Assembly (NCBI GenBank): GCA_007132585.1
Contig: SLOJ01000025.1
Location: 1 to 52,696, forward strand
DNA from: Bacteroidales bacterium
GTDB lineage: Bacteria > Bacteroidota > Bacteroidia > Bacteroidales > UBA7960
Reading direction: 5' to 3'
DNA length: 52,696 nucleotides
Shown here: in pieces, positions 29,807-36,585 of the stretch
Layout: the number at the start of each line of letters is the position of its first letter
Position numbering within the stretch: the stretch's first letter is position 1
The notes under the pieces: generated by a model
Seen by the model: the letters and a program-made list of their open reading frames with translations, nothing else
What the model was told of the DNA's origin: nothing
Database searches by the model: none
Program-made: the position numbers and the translations under genes

Positions 29807-30631
29807 TTATTCCACAGTAATATTCAATTCAGCAGCTATAACCGCCTCCCTGTCACCATAATCTACCACACCCAGAACAGAGTAATTACCCGGGTCAAGA
29901 TTTTCGGGCAGGTTAAAATTCATTTTTCTGCTATGACCGGGCAGCGTTGTAAAAGCTCGTGCTTTCTCACGTATGGTTTCACCGGTTCGAAGGTTAGTAA
30001 GTTCAAGATAGGTAGCTACATCAATGATGGCTTCACCGGTGTTTTCCACATGCAGCATAAGTGTCCTTTTGCCCTCTTCATCTTTTCCGGAATCTTCAAA
30101 AGCAAGGATACGTGCATCTTTGTATGTAACACTGGGTGGTGTCTGGAAAACGTGAATTACAAACTGAAAAGTATGCATGATACCAAAGCCCATAGCATCT
30201 TCTCCCAACCCGGGAGCATCAGTTCTTTCCCTTGCCAGCTTTACCAGTGTGGTAGCCCAGATAACCCTTTCGGCATCGGGCGAATCAGGCAACTGAAGGA
30301 TGATCTCTACATCGCGCGATTCACCTGCGGCCATTTCTACCAGTGATGGAGATGCACTCAACCAGCGACTGGCAGAATGTGGGTTCTCACCCGGATCGGC
30401 CAATTCTGTTTTTCCATCGGTACCCGGTGAAGAAAAATCAGCAAAGTTTACCGTAAAGGACTGTGGAGTATCGGAATTATTGGTTACTGTAATACGCCTT
30501 ACCTGCGATTGCCCGGGCTCGGCGTTAAAATACAATCGCGATGGCGATACCGATGCACTTTGCCCGAAAGTAAATCCTGTGCCCAAAATTGCAAAAAATA
30601 AGATGGATAAGTTTCTTCTGATTGTATTCAT
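29807..30631 (-). CDS. secreted two-domain Ig-like protein, candidate periplasmic chaperone of the 29807-35077 cluster
   Basis: A signal peptide (…GFTFGQSA) is followed by SVSPSRLYFNAEPGQSQVRRITVTNNSDTPQSFTV, which is PapD-like/DUF916-like. A second beta-rich module follows. That it is a CDS is well supported; the function is inferred (~0.35). Confidence 0.5.
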   Translation of the reverse strand: MNTIRRNLSILFFAILGTGFTFGQSASVSPSRLYFNAEPGQSQVRRITVTNNSDTPQSFTVNFADFSSPGTDGKTELADPGENPHSASRWLSASPSLVEMAAGESRDVEIILQLPDSPDAERVIWATTLVKLARERTDAPGLGEDAMGFGIMHTFQFVIHVFQTPPSVTYKDARILAFEDSGKDEEGKRTLMLHVENTGEAIIDVATYLELTNLRTGETIREKARAFTTLPGHSRKMNFNLPENLDPGNYSVLGVVDYGDREAVIAAELNITVE

Positions 30632-30689
30632 ACTGGTTTTGTTTTGTTTTATATTTAATATTTAAAAATTCTTATCGTTTTTACTGGTG

Positions 30690-33617
30690 TTACTCGGGTT
30701 CATCATTTTCCGGCCTTTGAATTCTTATCTGTCTGCCTCTTTCCCGTGCCACAAAACTGATATTCAACTCTTCATGCTCATGCATTATTTCTATGGGAAT
30801 ATCATTATGCTGCAGGTTAAAGTCGGCTCCAAATACATTTTCATTGATTGACAATGTATATTTGCCCCGGGGCAAATATAAGCTGTATTGTCCGCTTTCT
30901 GTAGTAAGCGTATTGAAGGTATCTCCTGCGTCATTGGTAGCGGTAACCCTTATTCCGCCAAGCGGAAAATATTCTGCCCGTGTAAACTGATCGCGTTCCA
31001 GGCTAATACTGCCCGAAACTTTGGCGCCACGATCAACTGATAGGTACATGGTTTGGTTCCTGTTAATCATCACTTCCCATGTGCGGGTTTCATGGCGTTT
31101 ACCAGCGGCCCCAACAGGTACCATGGTAAGCAGGTAATTCCCCGGTGGAATATTCACAAAACCAGCCTTACCATCTTTTCCGGTAAGTGTTTCAAAGGTC
31201 TTTTGCCCACTCATTGCAAGAATACGGTCTTCGGTCATGGGTTCCAATTGCTGCAAGCGTATCCAAATGTCGGGGACTCCCGGGTCACCGATCTGGTAAG
31301 TACCTGTGCCACTGATATCCCTGTAAACCATTACGTTGTAATCATAATATCTGACTCCCGAAGCCGGTACATTCATATCCTTCCTGATGCTGAAACCAAA
31401 CTCATACCGGCTTGAAGAATAAGCTGCACCTTCAAAACCCAGATCAGGAATGCCGATCATATCATCCTGGTCAACAGATAGTCCATAGTAGCGTCCGTAT
31501 ATACCAAAACGCAAACCGGGCTGGGGAAAATAAAACAGCTCGGGCCGCAATGATAAAGAATTCTGTTTGTTATAAGTGGTATAATTATAGATTGCCGACG
31601 CTTGAAAAAACAAACGTCCATCGGCAAAAGACTGATCAAAGTTCATGTTGGCACTGAAACGGTTGGCATTGCGACGATCTTCAGCAAACCGGCGAAGCTC
31701 ATTATTATAATACGGACCAAAATAATACCGTACATTCAAAGAGTAATCAAAATACCTGATACTCATGCGCAATCTTGCCACAAAGAACGGATCAATATCC
31801 TGAAGTTCAGGCATTGCAGTATACCCGGCAAAAACACTGGAGAAAAAGCGAATATTGTACAGATCCTTTAGTCTGTAATCAAGCTCCATACCGGAGTTGT
31901 TATACACGATAAAAGGATCTTCACTGCGGGTATGCAGGGGTTGAAATGTTACATCAGACAGTTGTCCGCGGTATTGATAACCCAGCCTGTATAGCTGTCT
32001 TTTTCTGAAAAGCGACATTTCCCTGAGCTCACCCCGGAAATAAAAATCCGGGTCAGAAGTATATTGTGAAAAGCTTGCAAAGATATTATGGATTGTATTA
32101 AAGCGCCATGCCAACCTGGTGTTCAGGTTATCCATTCCTCTGCGTGCAATATGGGTTGGTGTGCTGCTTGACCATGAAACATTATAATTCAATCGGTCAT
32201 AAGACCCATTGTAGTTGATCCTGTAACCAATACCCATGAGATCAAAAATACTGTCGGGGTTCCATCTATGCGTTTGCCGGCTTACCCCGGCCGAAATCCT
32301 GATAAATTGGTTTCGCAGGAATCGGTAGCTAACATGTCCGCCGGTAATTTCTTCTTCCGTTTTTTGAGTAAAATTTTCACGAACCTGCAACCAGGCTCCA
32401 CCCCTGATTTCTCTTCCAAAATAATTGTATTCAACGCCCAGGGCATTAATATGCTTTTGCGAAGAAAACATGCCCGGGTTTCTCATGTATGCTACATCCA
32501 GTTGATGCTGTTCATAACGGCCGGTTATTCGGGCTCCTTCGCCACTAATACCGGCTCCTTCATTGTTCTGTGTAATATTTCCCAACTCCACTCCAAAGAA
32601 TTTCGATTGAAAGTTCAGTTGCAGATACTGCCCCAGGAAGGCCTGCGGGTTCAGATAGTTACTCGAATAATTGGAAAGGAAATAATATGTAAAAGTAGTT
32701 TCAGGATTAAAAACATGACTACCATAAAGTGCAAAAGTACCGTATGAATTCTCCTGCATAATATCGTATGCATTGAATTCGGCCGTTAGGGGCATGGTAA
32801 GGCGTGTTGATGTATTTTCTATCCAGCGGTCTTCGAGTTTTTTGATCTCCACATTGGAGCCCCATGTTCTTGCCTGACTGTCACGTTCAGAAGCAATGGA
32901 TGCTCTAAGCCTCATGCTTCTTCTGGTGGGTGGAAACAAAACCGATGCCATTTCAGACTCCTGTTCCATAAACCGCAGAAACACCCTTAATGTTGTGTCT
33001 TTTTGCGGATCAATAGGTAGTCTGAGGCTTTTGCCATCAAGTGGTTCACCTCTTTCATTGATCTGAAGCAAACCATCAGGAAGGTTTAGATTCAGATTAA
33101 GCACTTCTGCCAGATCCCCTTCATTCCTTATGTGGATTTTGAAAGAAGTGGTATCGGCATCAGCAGGCAATACAATACGATTGCGCTCAATGCGCGCCGA
33201 CCACTCATATCGTAAAAGCGGAGTGATTACCCAGTCTATATTTACCAGCGGACTTCCAAAACGAAAAAGCGATATTCTTGCAATCTGGGATCGTTCGCTG
33301 CGAATTTGATGCGATGTAATTACTCTTACGGGGAAGAAAGCTGTATCACCGGCTTCCAGGGTAAAGTTTCTTCGGGTTGCACCCACCACACTCCAACCTG
33401 CCGGTTGATTAACTTCAAGAGTATATTCTGCACTTCGATTTGTTACGTTAACTACTCGTACCACATTGGAAACCAGATTGCCGGGCTTCACCTGCGACTG
33501 TCTATCTTGAAGACTAAGTGGCCCCTGCCCTGAATATTCCTGTTGGGAAAAAAGGTTCCAGGGGGCCATAAGCAAAATACAGCACACAAATATTGTTATG
33601 TTAAAAGTTCTACCCAT
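30690..33617 (-). CDS. 975-aa outer-membrane barrel-like protein flanked by beta-sandwich modules, candidate usher/pore of the cluster
   Basis: It begins with a signal peptide. Residues ~40-260 are Ig/CARDB-like (VVRVVNVTNRSAEYTLEVNQPAGW). Residues ~270-740 are aromatic-rich alternating strands. The C-terminal ~230 aa hold two CarboxypepD_reg-like modules (GKAGFVNIPPGNYLL; ESGQYSLYLPRGKYTL). The function is inferred. Confidence 0.5.
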   Translation of the reverse strand: MGRTFNITIFVCCILLMAPWNLFSQQEYSGQGPLSLQDRQSQVKPGNLVSNVVRVVNVTNRSAEYTLEVNQPAGWSVVGATRRNFTLEAGDTAFFPVRVITSHQIRSERSQIARISLFRFGSPLVNIDWVITPLLRYEWSARIERNRIVLPADADTTSFKIHIRNEGDLAEVLNLNLNLPDGLLQINERGEPLDGKSLRLPIDPQKDTTLRVFLRFMEQESEMASVLFPPTRRSMRLRASIASERDSQARTWGSNVEIKKLEDRWIENTSTRLTMPLTAEFNAYDIMQENSYGTFALYGSHVFNPETTFTYYFLSNYSSNYLNPQAFLGQYLQLNFQSKFFGVELGNITQNNEGAGISGEGARITGRYEQHQLDVAYMRNPGMFSSQKHINALGVEYNYFGREIRGGAWLQVRENFTQKTEEEITGGHVSYRFLRNQFIRISAGVSRQTHRWNPDSIFDLMGIGYRINYNGSYDRLNYNVSWSSSTPTHIARRGMDNLNTRLAWRFNTIHNIFASFSQYTSDPDFYFRGELREMSLFRKRQLYRLGYQYRGQLSDVTFQPLHTRSEDPFIVYNNSGMELDYRLKDLYNIRFFSSVFAGYTAMPELQDIDPFFVARLRMSIRYFDYSLNVRYYFGPYYNNELRRFAEDRRNANRFSANMNFDQSFADGRLFFQASAIYNYTTYNKQNSLSLRPELFYFPQPGLRFGIYGRYYGLSVDQDDMIGIPDLGFEGAAYSSSRYEFGFSIRKDMNVPASGVRYYDYNVMVYRDISGTGTYQIGDPGVPDIWIRLQQLEPMTEDRILAMSGQKTFETLTGKDGKAGFVNIPPGNYLLTMVPVGAAGKRHETRTWEVMINRNQTMYLSVDRGAKVSGSISLERDQFTRAEYFPLGGIRVTATNDAGDTFNTLTTESGQYSLYLPRGKYTLSINENVFGADFNLQHNDIPIEIMHEHEELNISFVARERGRQIRIQRPENDEPE

Positions 33618-33628
33618 TCACAATTTGC

Positions 33629-34258
33629 TTACAAATCTTCCACTATTACGTATTTGATCAGGAGATTATACAAACCCGGCTTCAGATCAAAACCAGGCAC
33701 AACGCGCATATCTACATTAAAAAGATAACACTGTGGTTCGGTAAGATAACTACCGGGAGTATTGGTGCCTTGTCCGGGACAATTTACCGAAGGATCACCC
33801 GGGTTTTCAGAACCTATGATAAAGACAGGAGTGTTGATATCGGAAACAGGAAACCACCCGAACTGCTGCGAAGTATTAGCCGTATTGCGGAAGCGGAGTT
33901 CCAGCATTTCGGTAGTCGGTTCATTTCCATGGGTTGAATAGGCAGTAAGTTCATTCCAGTATCCCGGAGAATCGGTTTCGGCTCCAACGTAAAGATCCCA
34001 ATTTACTCCATCAGCAATTATACGGAGGGATATGGCATTGGGAACAACTACACCGGTCTGGTATTTTTGAACGGTGTTGAAGACAAACTCCACATCGGGA
34101 CTTTCTTTGAGCTCAAATGACAGTGACTGTGCAGAAACTATCAAATTACACGTAACAAACCCTGCAAGGAGCATAAAAACCTGCAATTGCCTTACTATAC
34201 TTGTTGTTCTATAATTTTTCTTACCCTGACTTTCTTTGCCTGATATGGATCTCTCCAT
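33629..34258 (-). CDS. small secreted subunit B (paralog of 34388-35077)
   Basis: A long n-region is followed by a hydrophobic core ending ...LIVSAQS. It shares the blocks VEFVFNT.QKY, NWDLY, YSTHG...EMLEL and VDMRVVPG, and the C-terminus Y.IVEDL, with the upstream gene. The start could be a later codon. Confidence 0.5.
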   Translation of the reverse strand: MERSISGKESQGKKNYRTTSIVRQLQVFMLLAGFVTCNLIVSAQSLSFELKESPDVEFVFNTVQKYQTGVVVPNAISLRIIADGVNWDLYVGAETDSPGYWNELTAYSTHGNEPTTEMLELRFRNTANTSQQFGWFPVSDINTPVFIIGSENPGDPSVNCPGQGTNTPGSYLTEPQCYLFNVDMRVVPGFDLKPGLYNLLIKYVIVEDL

Positions 34259-34319
34259 TACAACCTCCCTTGATATAGTTAATTATTCGGTTCAGTAATT
34301 CAGGTATACGCAGAATTAT

Positions 34320-34378
34320 AAAAAAAGCTACCCCCGGAGGCAGCTTTTTTCAAAAAAATGCATTTTTCCCGGGGGTAG
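34320..34378 (-). terminator. compound intrinsic terminator/attenuator between subunit A and subunit B genes
   Basis: The minus strand reads CTACCCCCGG-(30 nt)-CCGGGGGTAG-C-TTTTTTT. A nested proximal hairpin GCTGCC-tccggg-GGTAGC uses the same 3' arm. The 10-bp outer stem is perfect and T7 follows. Confidence 0.6.
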
Positions 34379-34387
34379 AATGATTTC

Positions 34388-35077
34388 TTATAAGTCCTCT
34401 ACCAGTGAATAAACTACTTCGAGGTAATAATAACCGGCAGCGGCATAATCATCAACACCGGCCGGAGCTCCTATTGCTGCATCTATATCAAGTGCAGAAT
34501 TGGGAAAAGTGGCCGGAATATCAGGAACCAGTCTCATATCCAAACGAAAACGGTGTGTTCCAGGGTTTGCCGCAGCAGTTCCTGGATCAAAAGATTCACC
34601 TGCAGCGGTACCAAACTGACCGGCAAGGAATTGAGTGTTATTTGTAGGAATACCTCCGCCTACTTCAGAGTTTTCAAGTCCTAAAATAGAAGTAAATGAA
34701 TTTAAATTAACAGGCGCACTGCTGAGCACCGATGATTGAATTTCAAGAATTTCGGCAGGAAGTACCCCGCTGCCGTTAGTGGAATACTGTTCAACCTGAA
34801 CCCAGTTATTGGTGCTTGCATAAGCAAAAAGGTCCCATGCCATGGTGGCATCCACCTCCAGTTGTACGGCATTGAAACGGGTGATACCGTTCATATACTC
34901 CTGAATGGTACTAAAAACAAAATCTACCTGTGGATTGGTAGTCATGGTGAGGTTAAGGATACCCCTGAGGTCCATGGTTACATAATTGTACTCTTCATCT
35001 GAAAGCTGTGCATAACTTTTAGTAGTAAAGCAGCCCAGCGCCAGGATTGCAACAAAAACAAATAAAAACTTTCTCAT
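34388..35077 (-). CDS. small secreted subunit A (candidate major subunit)
   Basis: Its signal peptide is MRKFLFVFVAILALGCFTTKSYAQ, with SPI cleavage likely after YAQ; a weak lipobox LGC is an alternative. It is paralogous to 33629-34258 and ends YYYLEVVYSLVEDL. Confidence 0.5.
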   Translation of the reverse strand: MRKFLFVFVAILALGCFTTKSYAQLSDEEYNYVTMDLRGILNLTMTTNPQVDFVFSTIQEYMNGITRFNAVQLEVDATMAWDLFAYASTNNWVQVEQYSTNGSGVLPAEILEIQSSVLSSAPVNLNSFTSILGLENSEVGGGIPTNNTQFLAGQFGTAAGESFDPGTAAANPGTHRFRLDMRLVPDIPATFPNSALDIDAAIGAPAGVDDYAAAGYYYLEVVYSLVEDL

Positions 35078-35341
35078 AGTTTAATAGATTTAAGTGTTAA
35101 TAATGATAATTTTTTGTGCTTTTTACAGCACGGGTTAAAATAAATACAAGGAAAACATTCCTGTTATTTTCTTATGTAAAAAGATTGGATAAATCCGTGG
35201 CTAAAATAATTGAAAAGTATGCCCGTATTGTAGGTATATCACGGGTTTTAAAGAAATCTTATTTCAGTGTTTCTCTTAGTAAGAAATAATATTTCAATCC
35301 GATATATTATGACCAAATACGATAAAACACTGTAAATCAAC

Positions 35342-35381
35342 AAAAAAGCCCGTCATATTCTGTTGAAGAATACAACGGGCT
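35342..35381 (-). terminator. intrinsic terminator of the DUF1573 gene
   Basis: The minus strand reads AGCCCGT-(21-nt loop with inner TATTCT/AGAATA pairing)-ACGGGCT followed by TTTTTT. Confidence 0.7.
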
Positions 35382-35413
35382 TTGGGTTACCTTGTGGTTT
35401 ACTGTAAACCGTT

Positions 35414-35809
35414 TTATCTTTCCACTACTTCACCAACAATCCTAAATATAGATGTTGCCGGGTCGGCATTGGAAGTAACAGTAACTGTTCTGCTTATTCT
35501 ATGAGCGCGTGGAGCAAGGCGAAACTCAACCTTGATGGAGCCTTCTTCACCTGGCATAATGGGTTCGCGTGTCCAGCTGTTTACCCGTGTGCCGCAACAT
35601 GCTCTCACGTGCGACAATACCAGGGGCTCATTACCTTCATTGGTAAATTTAATGTCGAGCTTGGTTTCGGGCAGATCATCAAGATATACCGTTCCGTAAT
35701 CGTAGCGATTAAGTTCCCATTTTAATTCGGGACCATCTTTTTTCTCCTGGGAAACTGCAACTCCCATTCCCATAAAAACAGCAAAAAAGAACCAAATAAT
35801 ATTTTTCAT
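35414..35809 (-). CDS. DUF1573 domain protein (small secreted Ig-like protein)
   Basis: 131 aa with a signal peptide. YDYGTV......FTNEGNEPLVLSHVRACCGT matches the DUF1573 pattern. Confidence 0.75.
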   Translation of the reverse strand: MKNIIWFFFAVFMGMGVAVSQEKKDGPELKWELNRYDYGTVYLDDLPETKLDIKFTNEGNEPLVLSHVRACCGTRVNSWTREPIMPGEEGSIKVEFRLAPRAHRISRTVTVTSNADPATSIFRIVGEVVER

Positions 35810-35973
35810 AATAAAGATTTTTTTATTTGATAAAAAACAGTTTTATGTGCAGCAATAAATCTGCCAAACATTTCATAATAATTTTTTAAAGAAATAAAAT
35901 TATAAAAAAAGCTATAACATCATTTCCATCCTGGTTAATAATTAGATTATTTAACATATTTATCCTAAAATAG

Positions 35974-36005
35974 TCAGCCCCCAAAATGCATATTCCGGGG
36001 GCTGA
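35974..36005 (-). terminator. stem-loop downstream of the ArsR-family gene
   Basis: TCAGCCCCC-(14 nt)-GGGGGCTGA: a perfect 9-bp GC-rich stem. The T-tract is stronger on the plus strand (TTTTACTTT) than on the minus strand (CTATTTTAGG), so orientation is uncertain. Confidence 0.5.
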
Positions 36006-36030
36006 TTTTACTTTCAGATTAGATAAAGGA

Positions 36031-36324
36031 TCAATGGCATTTATTGATGCAATCAATAATTTGTGCCAATGCATTTTCCTTCAGATAGTAAAAAGTTTTC
36101 TTTCCGCTGCGCCTGGAATCGAGAACACCCTTTGTTTTAAGGATATTCAGATGATGAGATGCTGATGCCTGTTCAATTTTTAAAGACTCGTATATTTCAG
36201 TAACATTCATTTGCTCTTTTCTTTCAAGCATATCAATGATGGCAATACGCATCGGGTGAGCAATGGCTCGCATTTTACTAGCAGCTTCTTCCAGTCTCTT
36301 CGAATCAAGTTTTGTTTGTGCCAT
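36031..36324 (-). CDS. ArsR/SmtB family transcriptional regulator
   Basis: 97 aa. It has a winged HTH: AIAHPMRIAIIDML...MNVTEIYESLKIEQASASHHLNILK..GVL. Confidence 0.88.
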   Translation of the reverse strand: MAQTKLDSKRLEEAASKMRAIAHPMRIAIIDMLERKEQMNVTEIYESLKIEQASASHHLNILKTKGVLDSRRSGKKTFYYLKENALAQIIDCINKCH

Positions 36325-36349
36325 AATGTAAAATTTTTAATTGGTACTC

Positions 36350-36395
36350 TCGTGAATATTTTGTCTTAACAAATATATAAATATATTTCACACGA
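36350..36395. promoter_or_regulatory. nested imperfect palindrome overlapping a -7 box; candidate ArsR-type operator
   Basis: The sequence is TCGTG-AATATTTTGT-ctta-ACAAATAT-...-CACGA. The minus strand carries TATATTTG (36370-36377) ~46 nt upstream of the ArsR ATG. Confidence 0.3.
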
Positions 36396-36585
36396 ACGTC
36401 TGTTTTGCTAAATATTTTTATCTAACAAATAGCTTTTTATCAGTTTTTTACAAGAATAATAGTCCGTTTTTTATAGCCTAAAAAGGCTATACAGAAACAA
36501 TTGTTTAAAACTGATTGATTTTCAGGAAATTAATAAGCAGACATATATTAATATATCTCCTTATTAAAAAAAACGGACTACAAGG

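Noticed and set aside
29807-35077. Interpreting the cluster as a type V (FimA/Mfa) pilus locus or a SusC/SusD-like polysaccharide utilisation locus
   Set aside because: The subunits are far shorter than FimA/Mfa pilins, and only one has even a weak lipobox. The 975-aa protein lacks a visible TonB box or plug and has its CarboxypepD_reg-like modules at the C-terminus rather than the N-terminus. No SusD-like lipoprotein or glycoside hydrolase is adjacent. This rejection is provisional until profile searches are run.
35886-36074. 62-aa minus-strand ORF in the ArsR-DUF1573 gap
   Set aside because: It overlaps the 3' end of the ArsR gene and its terminator hairpin. The region is very AT-rich, and the ORF has no signal or motif.
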